From Schizochytrium sp. TIO01 (Eukaryota > Protista > Bigyra: Labyrinthulomycetes): DNA of 64,000 nt. Of this stretch, positions 45,182-57,000 are shown piece after piece. The stretch lies in NCBI GenBank assembly GCA_004764695.1, contig SMSO01000032.1, positions 2,232,001 through 2,296,000 of the forward strand, read 5' to 3'. Every line of letters starts with the position of its first letter. Position 1 is the stretch's first letter. Both the position numbers and the translations under genes were made by a program. Below the pieces are notes generated by a model. That model was not told the DNA's origin. It made no database searches and saw only the letters and a program-made list of their open reading frames with translations.

Positions 45182-47124
45182 CTTTGCTGGTGCTAGTGCC
45201 TGGTAATAGTTTGGGATATGCTAGCGCTGGTGATTCTGCAGCGCTGAAGCAATTAGTTGATCTGCAGTGCTACGTAGTAGCTATTGCCTAAAGAATATCA
45301 GTGCCAGCTAAAAGCTTCACAAGGGGAGGCCTCTTCAACGGAGAGTCCTCAGGCTTGCTCGTTGTTCGCCAGTGACTCTAGGGTTCCCGTCACTCCCGAT
45401 GTCACTTTGCGATTATGCAAACCCAGGCAGGATGTCTTCATTGATTCTAGCTAGTTTCTATCATTGATTCTCATTCATTCATTTCTCATTTATTGCTTTT
45501 TTTAAATTCTGCACTCTTTTCCTCAAGTGAACAATCATCACAAAATACAGCATCATGGTCATCAAATAAAGAGCGATGCGTCGACGAAGCCCATCAGTTT
45601 CACTGTGATCAAACTCACTGCAAATGGGCTATTCGGCACATCTACAGTGAGGAATAGCGTGATAAACTAGACTATCCCAGAACGCAATTCTTTCTACTTA
45701 TTCTTTCTTACGTCGCGCCCTTGCGCAAGAAGAAGACGCAGGCGAGTCACCGCAGGTCACATGCGACCTCTGCGATCCTAACACACTCTTAGAAAAAAAA
45801 GAAGATAAACCATGGTAAATCTAGCCTATAAACGACTTATTGTTATAACTATGAGTGCTTTTGCGATTTTCCGCGATCCATAGGCAACAATAGGTACCTT
45901 ATGCCTTGTTATCTCGTGAAAGTATGGTCTTTTTCATTCAAGTTGCTACTCTAGAGATGACTTTTTGCTAGTATTTTTAGTTTAAATTAATATTTTTTGT
46001 TTTAAATTAGATATATATATATACTTAAAGTTAAAATATAATATAAATAAATGAGCGCGTTTGAATGCAGACATTTGTCCTCCATTTAATAACCTTCGCG
46101 TGATAGAAATGCATAACAGTTGGATTCAAGATATGATTGCACAAGTACTTGTATGGAAATCATTGTGGGATGACATCAGATCGCACCCCAAAAGCCCCTG
46201 AGACCCCAAGAAACTCTGTATCAATTATGAGGAATAGTAGAAGGTAGTCAGCTTGGTAGCACCCATGGAGCCTACGACGTCAGCTTTAGCCACAATGAGA
46301 CTACGCGTAATGATGCCGTTGCTAATCTTCCGCTGCCCAGTGCATGGGCCGTGAGGAGCCAGGCAGAAGTAAAACAACGGAGCCAACCTCGTTGCAAGTG
46401 GCATCGAAATTGGAAATGGATGAAGAATCAGGTAGACAATTTTTTATTGTCAAGTTTTATCTTGAGGAATCTTACTTCTCCATAACTTTTAAAGTTAAGA
46501 AGAGTATTCTATACTTCGCTGGTGATGAATGATACTTTATGATTTGGTTACACCAGATGCTGATGGGGTTTGTGCAACTGTCTCAAGTTATTGGAATAGG
46601 TTTGGACCCCTAAGTAGAAACAAATGGCTAGTAGCTGCGAAATTATCCATGCTTTTCCCTTCTCTTTCATTTTTGCTGCATTGTAGCTCTTATAGATTTT
46701 GATTTTAGAATATACATTGAAAGAGGGTTTGTATTAGTAAGCTTTGTGGCTTTCGAGGCTCGTGTGCAACGTTTTGGACCTTTTGACCTTGTGCAAGAAG
46801 GATATGCTTGCAAAAGACAGAAGTTCAACACAAAAGAAAGTGAGATTAGAAGGAGGGAAAAGTACCTACATATGGTTTATATGAGTGGATAATGGGTATC
46901 TATCTCTTTCTCTATGTTGTTAACAGGTCAACAAAAAGTCTGGAACTGGTTCTTTGTACGGCTTTTATATAATAGAAATTCCTGCAAATCCGCGCGGAAA
47001 GAATCGCATCAGAATTCACCTAAGATTTATTTTCTAAAAGAATTTATGAACCTACCAAGTAGTAGGGAAAGTAGCCTTTTTCTTCTTTGATACATGAATT
47101 GCAACAAAGTCACAAGTTATAACT

Positions 47125-50100
47125 TTATGCGCGGGAATCTTCATCTTCGTCATCGAAGAGGCCATGCTTGGGTCCAACCTCATAATGTGACATAGACAAT
47201 TCACGCTTTTGAATGCGACGACGACGCCACACAACAGCTCCAACAGCAACTACAACGGCGGCTACAAGAGCCACTACCACAACCGCAATACCGGCACTAC
47301 TTAAACCCCCACTACTGCCATCTTCGTCAGGGTCAGACGAGGCAAAGGAAGCCTTAAGAGTTGAAACGAGATTTGTGATTGCACTAACATCACACTCTTC
47401 AACACTGTTTGAGCCACACTGCTCAATCACATTGTTGAAGGTGGTACGTGTACTTGAGCGAGCAAAGAGAGTTTGAAATTCTCCTGCTGAAACCTTGCTG
47501 GACTCAATTCTGAAGTGGATTGCTAAATCAGAATCAGACTCAGCGTATGAAGTAAAGTTAAAAAGGTTCACATCACATTTGAGAGTGCCCATCTTGTGTT
47601 TGGATTTTGTCCTGTAAACAGTGCGCTGTACAACGAAACAAATACCAGCAAGAAAATCTTCAGCGTCATGCTCAGATGCTACGTACGGTACATCGAAGCG
47701 AAGAATGTAGTAGTCGTAGTTGAGAGAAGTGGTTACGCCAGTCACATTAAGCGTGTCTGAATAATCTGAGAAGGCGCTACTTGAGGCGAATGCCTCCCGA
47801 AGAACCTCCATAGTATTTCCATAATAATTCGCTGTATCGTCTCGTGCAGACTCGGCACTAGAAGCATCGGTATACATGAGGTATGAGGTAATGTAAAACT
47901 CAGTCATGCCTGGCGTAAGTTCACGACGCGTCATCCTCGGTGTAAGAGCACCACTTGGATTCAAAGCAGTCTTACGCGAAGCTGCGGCGGCAAATCCACG
48001 ACGTGACAAAGCGCGACGCGGGACCGTGCTCGAATCCTCGACAGAAGTAATCAGCTTGACATTGCTTCCGTCCTCTTCCTCGTCTAGCCGACGCGTCCAA
48101 CCAAACGACTGAGTTGTAGGAGTCTGGGTGGGAGCAGATGTAGGTGACTTTGTCGGGCTACGGGTGGGGGCTTGTGTCGGGCTACGGGTGGGGGCTTGTG
48201 TCGGGCTATGTGTGGGGGCTTGTGTCGGGCTATGGGTTGGGGCTTGTGTCGGGCTACGGGTGGGGGATTTGGTTGGTCTTGAGGTGGGGGCCTTTGTTGG
48301 GCTTCCGGAAGGCGATCTGGTCGGAGTCTCAGTTGGGGTAAGTGTAGGCGCCATAGTAGGCAGAAGTGTTGGGCTTCCGGAAGGCGATCTGGTCGGCGTC
48401 TCAGTTGGCGTAAGTGTCGGCGCTATAGTAGGCAGAAGCGTCGGGGCTGTTGTTGGGGAGCTCGGGCAAGCTGCAGCACCACGGTACGAACCAGACGCAA
48501 ACGAAACATCATTGTCACATGCAAAGATAAAGCAGTTGCCGCCTGCGATCACCCAAGCATCACAGCCATCAAATTGTGCACAGACGTGCGCACAAACCGC
48601 GTCAAGATCATCAGTATCATCTGTAGTAAGATCGCATGCCGCAGTCATATCAATATAGTTGCCGTTACCGTCGCTGGTCTGAAGGATATTGTCACTGCTA
48701 AAGTCACAAGAGTAACAAAAGTCTGATGCATTGAGATCGCTGGCAGAAAACGTGATATCGTGCGCGCACACGGATTCATCGATGACAATACTTGTCTGGA
48801 CCTCAGGCGTATCATCTCCAGCAGGACATACGGACTGTACACAAGTGGTAGTTCCTGGGCAGGCTGCAGCGCCGCGGTATGAACCAGATGTAAACGAGGC
48901 CTCATCATTGTCACATGCAAAGATGAAGCAGTTGCCGCCTGCGATCACCCAAGCATCACAGCCATCAAATTGAGCACAGACGTGCGCACATACCGCGTCA
49001 AGGTCATCAGTATCATCTGTAGTAAGATCGCATGCCGCAGTCATATCAATATAGTTGCCGTTACCGTCGCTGGTCTGAAGGATATTGTCACTGCTAAAGT
49101 CACAAGAGTAACAAAAGTCTGATGCATTGAGATCACTGGCAGAAAACGTGATATCGTGCGCGCACACGGATTCATCGATGACAATACTTGTCTGGACCTC
49201 AGGCGTATCATCTCCAGCAGGACATACGGACTGTACACAAGTGGTAGTTCCTGGGCAGGCTGCAGCGCCGCGGTACGAACCAGATGTAAACGAGGCCTCA
49301 TCATTGTCACATGCAAAGATGAAGCAGTTGCCGCCTGCGATCACCCAAGCATCACAGCCATCAAATTGTGCACAGACGTGCGCACATACCGCGTCAAGAT
49401 CATCAGTATCATCTGTAGTAAGATCGCATGCCGCAGTCATATCAATATAGTTGCCGTTACCGTCGCTGGTCTGAAGGATATTGTCACTGCTAAAGTCACA
49501 AGAGTAACAAAAGTCTGATGCATTGAGATCGCTGGCAGAAAACGTGATATCGTGCGCGCACACGGTCTCATTGATGACAATACTTGTCTGGACTTCAGGC
49601 GTATCATCTCCAGCAGGACATACGGACTGTACACAAGTGGTAGTTCCTGGGCAGGCTGCAGCACCGCGGTATGAACCAGACGTAAACGAGGCCTCATCAT
49701 TGTCACATGCAAAGATGAAGCAGTTGCCGCCTGCGATCACCCAAGCATCACAGCCATCAAATTGAGCACAGACGTGCGCACATACCGCGTCAAGGTCATC
49801 AGTATCATCTGTAGTAAGATCGCATGCCGCAGTCATATCAATATAGTTGCCGTTACCGTCGCTGGTCTGAAGGATATTGTCACTGCTAAAGTCACAAGAG
49901 TAACAAAAGTCTGATGCATTGAGATCACTGGCAGAGAACATGATGTCATGGGCGCACACGGTCTCATTGATGACGATACTTGTCTGCACCTCCGGTGTTT
50001 CAACATCTGAAGGACAAACTGACTGGACACAACCCGAAGTTGAGATTGGGCTGTCTGTTGAAGTGGGAAAAGGGGATGCTGTAGGGACCAAAGTGGGCAT

Positions 50101-52674
50101 TTGAGACGGAGCAGGAGTAGCCACACCACGTGCAACGCGGCAAACTCCTCCACCTACACTAGATCCGTCAACAAAAGTAGCTGTGTCATTTTCACAAGAG
50201 TAAAGAAAACAATCCCCACCCTTAAGAATCCACGCATCGCAATCTGCATCAAGTAAGAGAAAGCAAATCTGTGCACATGCCTCCTCAAGACCAGTAGTAT
50301 CAGAATCAGCAAGATCACAGGAATCACCAAGAGAAACATAATAGCCATCACCACTTTCACGTATAGATTCTTCGCCGGTGAAATCACAGTCAGCACACAT
50401 ACTGGAAGCATCGATATCACTAGAGGTAAACGTAATCTCTGTGGTGCAAACATCAGAATCTATGTCAACACCAGTTTCCATGGTGACATCCTCAGCGCAG
50501 TAGTCACTGCAGCTGTAGGCGGAAGGACTTGTAGTAACGCTGTTCACTTGTTGTGGAAGGCTGAAGGAAAGATCCATCGAGACTCCATCAATCCAATTGC
50601 ACTGCTCAACCACACCACATGAAGAGTCACGAGAGCATTGCTGAAATCGAATCGGGTGTGTGAAGAGAACTTCGTTTCCAATGTAAGGAACCTGGAGCTC
50701 CTGGTCACAGAGACCACGTGAAGCGGGGAAAGCAGCGTAGTCGGTCCAGGAATCGTCATCACCAGCAGTAGCTTGGTACTGAAGAGTAATGCCTTCCTGG
50801 CACGATGTGAGCGAGGTAGTGAGGTTTTCAAGGCTTGAGATACAGGTGGTAGTCTCGGCGCCGACATTATTTAGAAACTCAGCGACAATTTCACTGTATC
50901 CAAACTCATTGATTTCGTTGATGCACTTAGAAATGAGAGCATCAGAAGAGTAGGCTACTCGGCAAAATCCGTTGGTCACATCCAGCGCCTCAAAGTAATC
51001 CACGCAGGTTTCAGCATCAATGCTTGATTGTGCAAGCGAAGCGTAGTTCTTACAGAAGAAAGCAAAGCAGATTTGGACACTCTGATTAGTGGTGTAGCTT
51101 GTACAGATTGTACGTGCAAACTCACGAGCCTCATCCGTGTCATATACAATGCCCTTCGCTTTACATGCTGCCTCGATCTCACGATGCGCCTGAAGAGCAG
51201 CGATCTCGGTTTGAGAAGCATTGTTGCCAAGAAGACTGCTTGTGTAGCAAAACCCATCTAGGTTTGAGCGCGTGGTGTTCCAAGATTCAAGGGGCTCAAT
51301 AATTGCATCAATATTGATACGGTAGTTGCCGTATGTTTGCTTGCTCAAAACTTTATTAGCATCGCTTGGATCAACGGTTCCAGTGCATGCAATGCTTACT
51401 TGAATGTTAGTGGATCCATCAACAATATACCACACAACGTCGAAGGTCTCATTTGAGTCCTTTCGCACCCAGTTTGCGGTGTATGAGGGCCATGAGCTGG
51501 AGCCTTCAAGAGTCCATGAAGAGGAAAGACTAGTCTCTTCAATGCAACTGGTTGCGTCAAGGGAAAAATTAGCATCGGAAGTGTACATCATTGCCTCGCG
51601 AATGACACCACGTTCTTCCTGACGAACCCAGAATTCGAAGTCATCGGCTTTGTACATGAGGAGCCAGGAGGGCTCACCATCAGCTGCTGGCTGGCATTTC
51701 GATCCAGACTGCCAGGTGGACTCCCAGGTAGAGGGCTTCCACAGACAAGCAGCGCCATTCGTATCTTCGACACTTTTACAGGCGCTTTGTGTGATTTTAC
51801 AATTCTTAGTGGTTGTGTCACGGCCGTCACAAACACGCCACGAGGCCTCTGTGCCATTGAATGACACACAATTAGGATCTCCATAGCACGTGCACGTCTC
51901 GCAGCAGCCACCCGTGGCTCCTCCATCAGTGTATGTGAGCGAAGAGATAGTGAGAGATGCCTGGTCAGGGTTCTCGCTGAGTGCAAGGCAAGCCTGCGTC
52001 GGGTTCGTAAGGTCAGAGCAAACAGGAACTTGAATACCAGCAACACGGCACGCCGCGCCTTCAAGGTTCACAATTTCACAGTCCTCCACAGGAGCAGTGT
52101 CTCGTGCTGGGCAGCAAGGGTCCATTGAACTAAAAGTAATATCGATTTCGTCCGAATTTGTGGGCAGCACTGTGATCATGTTATTGGCTGTACCACAAAG
52201 CGGTGCATAGCCGCAAGTTTCTGCGTCTACAGAGTCCGAGTCCACGGAGGTTGCTGTTTGCGCTGCCATGACCTCAGCTAGGATAGAATCCACTGCGTCC
52301 ATTTGATCATCGCTTAAAATATAGGTTGGCATTTCTAGGCGCAGCGTCATTGCCAGTACGCCAGTATCAGCGGTTGTGCTCACAGGGGCTGCTGTCGGCA
52401 TGGATGCGGGAGACGAGATACTACATTGTCCAGAGCTTTCGTGGTACGTGCATGGGCTCACACATAGCCAAGCATCATCGTCATAAGTGCTGCACGAGAC
52501 ACATTCTGAGCTCTGATCTCCACTACTGTCAGCAGTCACTTGCCAGAGGCATCCATCGGCATCATTTACGCATGTTTTCTGTGAGGTTTGTTCATCGCAG
52601 GCGCCTTGCACCGCAGCTATACTCAATAAAAGCACCGCCACACGCATTGCCAGCATGCGTCCAGAAAGCTCCAT
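47125..52674 (-). CDS. Large type I cell-surface glycoprotein (about 1850 aa): signal peptide, VWD-like domain, Cys-rich 132-aa repeats, P/T mucin stalk, SEA-like regions, TM and short tail
   Basis: Uninterrupted ORF. MRVAVLLLSIAAVQG signal, CTCYGDPNCVSFNG (VWD start), tandem repeats, PTxxPT repeats, TM GIAVVVVALVAAVVVAVGAVVW followed by RRRR. Confidence 0.9.
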   Translation of the reverse strand: MELSGRMLAMRVAVLLLSIAAVQGACDEQTSQKTCVNDADGCLWQVTADSSGDQSSECVSCSTYDDDAWLCVSPCTYHESSGQCSISSPASMPTAAPVSTTADTGVLAMTLRLEMPTYILSDDQMDAVDSILAEVMAAQTATSVDSDSVDAETCGYAPLCGTANNMITVLPTNSDEIDITFSSMDPCCPARDTAPVEDCEIVNLEGAACRVAGIQVPVCSDLTNPTQACLALSENPDQASLTISSLTYTDGGATGGCCETCTCYGDPNCVSFNGTEASWRVCDGRDTTTKNCKITQSACKSVEDTNGAACLWKPSTWESTWQSGSKCQPAADGEPSWLLMYKADDFEFWVRQEERGVIREAMMYTSDANFSLDATSCIEETSLSSSWTLEGSSSWPSYTANWVRKDSNETFDVVWYIVDGSTNIQVSIACTGTVDPSDANKVLSKQTYGNYRINIDAIIEPLESWNTTRSNLDGFCYTSSLLGNNASQTEIAALQAHREIEAACKAKGIVYDTDEAREFARTICTSYTTNQSVQICFAFFCKNYASLAQSSIDAETCVDYFEALDVTNGFCRVAYSSDALISKCINEINEFGYSEIVAEFLNNVGAETTTCISSLENLTTSLTSCQEGITLQYQATAGDDDSWTDYAAFPASRGLCDQELQVPYIGNEVLFTHPIRFQQCSRDSSCGVVEQCNWIDGVSMDLSFSLPQQVNSVTTSPSAYSCSDYCAEDVTMETGVDIDSDVCTTEITFTSSDIDASSMCADCDFTGEESIRESGDGYYVSLGDSCDLADSDTTGLEEACAQICFLLLDADCDAWILKGGDCFLYSCENDTATFVDGSSVGGGVCRVARGVATPAPSQMPTLVPTASPFPTSTDSPISTSGCVQSVCPSDVETPEVQTSIVINETVCAHDIMFSASDLNASDFCYSCDFSSDNILQTSDGNGNYIDMTAACDLTTDDTDDLDAVCAHVCAQFDGCDAWVIAGGNCFIFACDNDEASFTSGSYRGAAACPGTTTCVQSVCPAGDDTPEVQTSIVINETVCAHDITFSASDLNASDFCYSCDFSSDNILQTSDGNGNYIDMTAACDLTTDDTDDLDAVCAHVCAQFDGCDAWVIAGGNCFIFACDNDEASFTSGSYRGAAACPGTTTCVQSVCPAGDDTPEVQTSIVIDESVCAHDITFSASDLNASDFCYSCDFSSDNILQTSDGNGNYIDMTAACDLTTDDTDDLDAVCAHVCAQFDGCDAWVIAGGNCFIFACDNDEASFTSGSYRGAAACPGTTTCVQSVCPAGDDTPEVQTSIVIDESVCAHDITFSASDLNASDFCYSCDFSSDNILQTSDGNGNYIDMTAACDLTTDDTDDLDAVCAHVCAQFDGCDAWVIAGGNCFIFACDNDVSFASGSYRGAAACPSSPTTAPTLLPTIAPTLTPTETPTRSPSGSPTLLPTMAPTLTPTETPTRSPSGSPTKAPTSRPTKSPTRSPTQAPTHSPTQAPTHSPTQAPTRSPTQAPTRSPTKSPTSAPTQTPTTQSFGWTRRLDEEEDGSNVKLITSVEDSSTVPRRALSRRGFAAAASRKTALNPSGALTPRMTRRELTPGMTEFYITSYLMYTDASSAESARDDTANYYGNTMEVLREAFASSSAFSDYSDTLNVTGVTTSLNYDYYILRFDVPYVASEHDAEDFLAGICFVVQRTVYRTKSKHKMGTLKCDVNLFNFTSYAESDSDLAIHFRIESSKVSAGEFQTLFARSSTRTTFNNVIEQCGSNSVEECDVSAITNLVSTLKASFASSDPDEDGSSGGLSSAGIAVVVVALVAAVVVAVGAVVWRRRRIQKRELSMSHYEVGPKHGLFDDEDEDSRA
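48113..48460 (-). repeat. Coding Pro/Thr mucin-like minisatellite (24-nt PTQAPT[R/H]S units and a 72-nt duplication)
   Basis: Visible in both DNA and translation. Confidence 0.9.
48463..50031 (-). repeat. Four near-identical 396-bp (132-aa) coding tandem repeats; a diverged fifth copy at about 50130-50520
   Basis: The 396-nt period is directly visible and echoed by shadow ORFs at 48645, 49041, 49437 and 49833. Confidence 0.97.
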
Positions 52675-54005
52675 ATTTCTGCTCTCCGCGAATGGTTCAA
52701 AATACAAGACGCTGCAACGAGGTGCTTATAAATTAATTTTCGACCTCCTTACTCAACTACGTTGCTGCTTCTCTCCACACAACGATGTGCAGAGCAGAGC
52801 CCTACCGCCGCAGACCTGCTGCAGCAGCGACGATTGAAGATGAACTTTCGTCGAGCACCTCGAGTATTTATTATTTTGCACGTGCGCTGTCCTCTGGTCA
52901 CGCCAAGTAATTCAAATCGCTCCTTGCGAAAAGAAAGGAGAAAACAAAGAGAAAAGGGCACGCGCCGGGATGAGTAAGCGACAAGGGCACGACAGCTCGT
53001 ACCCGCGCGATGCGAGGCACACGCTACTGGATCCCGAAAGCGGCCGCCCTGATCGGCGACAACAAAGTGGATGCGCCGGGAGAGGGTGGATGCGGGATTG
53101 TTTGAGGATTGAGGGACTGAGAGACGTAATGACTACACTAATTGAGCTCAGTAACTCAGTAACTCATCCATTCATGCACTTGGATGAGTGAAGGGTACCT
53201 GAAAAAATTGATTTAAAATAAAAAATCCTTATTTCAGAAAAATAATTTTAAATAATAATATATATATATATATATTTATACACTTCTGGAGTGTTGTGCA
53301 AAGAGATACTTAGGAATCAGCGCTGGTTGGAGGGTTTATTGTTTGTTTCTAATTTTGTCTCTGTAAAGTCGCTGGACTGTGCTTTTCTTTCTTTCTTGTT
53401 ATCATGCTTGAACTACGATCGCATAATTATTCTTTTAGATTTTTCCTTTTACGATAGTCTTTTTCTGTAAAACATAATACATAAATAGAAAGTTGTGTAA
53501 AGCTCTACTTTCCTATATGTAGCTATGTTTTGCTATTATGTTCTGAAGAAAGTAAATGGTAACCTGAGGGAAGGGAGGGACGCGCCGTGCGAGCTATGGA
53601 AACTAACTTCATGGATTTAGCCATGTCTGAGCGGAGAAGATGTCATCCTTGGGCAATCTAGAAGCGAGAATTCGAGTCGAAGCAACAATGAGACAGTTTT
53701 TGTGCTGATGAGAAGCAAAAGCAGGCAAATGTTGTAGGAAACACTCACTCAATCAGAGTCATTGAAAAGAAGGAAGGATTAGGCTCATGAGAAATTGAGA
53801 ATTGGAAAACTGTGGAGAGAGGAGATCGCACGAATGCTAAATATAGAACATCAAGTCAAAGTCAGCCAGGAATTAAGGTAGAGAATAGGCAGTGTCCGCG
53901 CATGTAATAGCCCGAGTTCCTGCCTCCTTGTTTCTGTTGTTATTGTGATTGTTGAGAACCAATCGTACACGAGCACTGTCTGCGGCACATATAGCCAACA
54001 CCATG

Positions 54006-54006
54006 T

Positions 54007-54053
<47 letters not shown>
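54006..54053 (+). repeat. (TTTA)n microsatellite
   Basis: Visible directly. Confidence 0.9.
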
Positions 54054-54054
<1 letters not shown>

Positions 54055-57000
54055 AAAAATAGACTATTAGTTTATAATTTAAAATATAACAAAAGGTAAA
54101 GAAGAGTTCAAGTTTTGCAGGGAACGCACATCAGCTTCTTTGCAAATACTTGAAGTTCACCGTGCTGCTCCACCAAGATCTCGAAAGCTTCACCTTCAAT
54201 TATATGAAATACCAAAACCTAAGGAAAGGCCAAGCGCAAGATCTTTCGAGAATTGCAATGGCTCACGAGCTAACACCACGGGCACAAGGACAAAGCCCCA
54301 GTAGGTAGGTATAGGTCGTACTTTCATGGTCACTCGCCTAAATTCGTTTGTACAATAGAAATACGGACCAAATCACCATATGACCTTACTAAGATATGAG
54401 ACAAAGCGTTCTTGATTGAGATATAAAGAAGGGACGCTTGGCACATAGGATAAATCGGGATCAATAAGGTCTCGCACCATCAACAAAGACCTGATATGAT
54501 TTAAAAAATATATTTTGTTTATTTTTTAATATTAAAAAAAGGCAACAAAAGTTTTACAACAACCCTCTGTCCTTGCCTTGTTTTGTGCACAAACGAGCAT
54601 GAACTCCAAGGGCTGAAACATGACTCCGAGAGATGAACTTGGATTGTATGCAAACTTTTCAAGGGCAAGTCCGCGCAGGTTGTAACGTTGACACCATCTA
54701 CAAACCTCGTTGCCCCATGGCGATGTTACTGGCTGCCGTGGGTGCTTGTCTACTAAAGCGTTTCTGCTCCAACTGCAGCGGGTTATAAGACTTACACTTC
54801 CTCTATCTCCATTATCACTGTCCATATCAATTATCATTGATTGGTAATCGACATGCGTTCTACATAGAGTTTAGACTAGCAAAGACCGTGCATATTTCTC
54901 TATCACAAATTGAAATTTAAAACTACCATAAGAAAGGTGTATGAAAAGAAAAAAGTTGATTTTCTTTGTTGTGTACTTATCTTTTGTGGTCTTTTGCGTT
55001 TAATAATCAGAAATGCTTCGACGTTTACATGAATGATTGTTGGAGGAAGACCAAGCCTTTACAGCTGATGTTAAGAGTAGGTATAGCGTTATCTTGCAGG
55101 CTTCCTAGCTTAGTAGCATAAACGAGTCACCAGTTTTTTTGTTTGTTTTTTCATTAAAGATAAAGAATCTTTAAAGTTGTTTTTGTTTTTTTAAAGAGCG
55201 AGAGACTTAATGGTAAAATATGATATTTTCCTCCTACCTACTACCTTTGATGGCCGATTGGGGATAGAGACGCAGCAAAGCACAGCTAATTTGGGGTTGT
55301 GTATGATCCCAAGGCTATTTGCTACTTTAATTGTCGAGAAAGAGGAAACTCGCTGGCTGCGGCAAACCTCTTTTTTACAGTTGTGCAAGCAATTTTCCAA
55401 ATATGTGAAACTGTACGACCCGATACATACACACAAAATTGAAAGATGTTTCCACAACTCAGAGAACAACCGCAAATTTAACGCCGGTTTCAGGCCCTTC
55501 GACATGGACCGTCAAAGAGCTCGAAAGGAGGTTTATTTCAGGCAAAGCCCCGTGTATATTCTGCAAAGCGTGCTAGGCAAGGTTCAGAATACAGCAGATC
55601 TAATTTACTAGTGAACCGGCTAAAGATATTGTGATAAGGTTTTGTATTTGGGGTTCAAAGGATTTGAAGAACATATGTAACTTCATGATTAGCAGCCCGA
55701 AGCAAAGCTATGGGGAAACAGTTTGAAGGTAGGCTAAAGCTGGCGTTATGTCTTTGTAATATCTTCTTGTACGCGCCTATTCTTCTCTTTCTCTTCTTCT
55801 CTATGCATCTGTCCTTCTCCAAGAAAGCGAATCTCGGATTGCTATTTTAACAAATAAGATCCCGAAACAAACATTGGGAGTACTCGTATCAATCGTTGAC
55901 CTTCTATGATTTAGTTAATTTATGAAACTGTAATGTGTCAAGAAAGAGCCAAATATATTATTTCGATCGATTCTATAGGATGCATAAACTATCCGTTTAA
56001 GAAAATCTTTGTTATGGAAAGGTTTCTCGTTTTGGGTGAGATATTATGTTAGCACATCATATATATATAGTGTTCTGCTGTATTGAAAAAGTGCGACAAA
56101 AATCTCGGCCATGCCGAATCCCACTTTAAGCGAAAAGGAAGAATAACTTCGTTCAAGTTGATCTTGACCTCTCGCTGAAGGAGTTACTCATCGCCGTTTC
56201 ACTCACGCGCGAGTATCTGAGCCTAACGTTGCTCTTGTGGAGTCAGTCTATGCAATCATAGAGATTGGGAGTATCGAATGTGGCTTGCATACCCTCTGAG
56301 AAAAATACCGACCTTGTCATCACTCCTCTTCACCTCTCTCCCTATACCATTAAATGTTTATATTTCTAATATAAGAAGAAAGAAGAAATAAGAAAGAAAA
56401 AAGAAAGAAAAAAAAAGAGTGAAGGTGTTGATACAGAGGAAACACTGGGAGCGAATTCCAATAGCGCGACACAGTTTTCTGGCAATCAAATTATACCAAG
56501 ATATAGTACGAGTGACTGCTAGTTCTATCTAAAACTTCAAGAGGGTTTCGGAGGAGAGAAGCAGATAGGCATCCACTTGACTTCGCTTAGCTCTTTTTAT
56601 TTATTTATTTATTTTTAATAATTAATTTTTAATACAAAAAGTGGGAGTTAATTAAAAAAGAGCTGATATGAATTCCGATTTTAATGAAAGAAAGGAGAAA
56701 AAGAGAAGAACATTAATCACTCAAAAGAACAAGATGGCGGCCCGGCGCAGTGTGCTTTGACGACGCACCATGGACTATCAACTTGCAGTCAATGGATTCA
56801 AAGAAGGGCCAAGAAACACATGGGTTTCTTAAGGCTTACTTGTAGCAACTTGCCGCAAAACCATGCCTGCTTGAGGTCCACAGCCTTGAATCACTGAAGA
56901 GACTCGACGAGATACCCATTCGTGCGTGCAACAAGTTTGAGTACATCTGCACGTGCAGACAGGCTGACTCCAAGGCGCTTGCCTCTTATTCATATGATTG

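Noticed and set aside
48463-50031. Regular repeats as a CRISPR-like array
   Set aside because: In-frame 396-bp coding repeats with no unique spacers and no cas genes; eukaryotic context.
3784-52674. Sulfated-glycan gene cluster (sulfatase, GT13, sulfotransferase, ABCG, surface protein)
   Set aside because: The genes are spread over about 50 kb and interleaved with unrelated housekeeping genes; no shared regulatory motif seen. It would need synteny or co-expression support.
55210-55611. 133-aa + strand ORF
   Set aside because: No recognisable motif, overlapped by a similar-length antisense ORF and embedded in low-complexity intergenic DNA.
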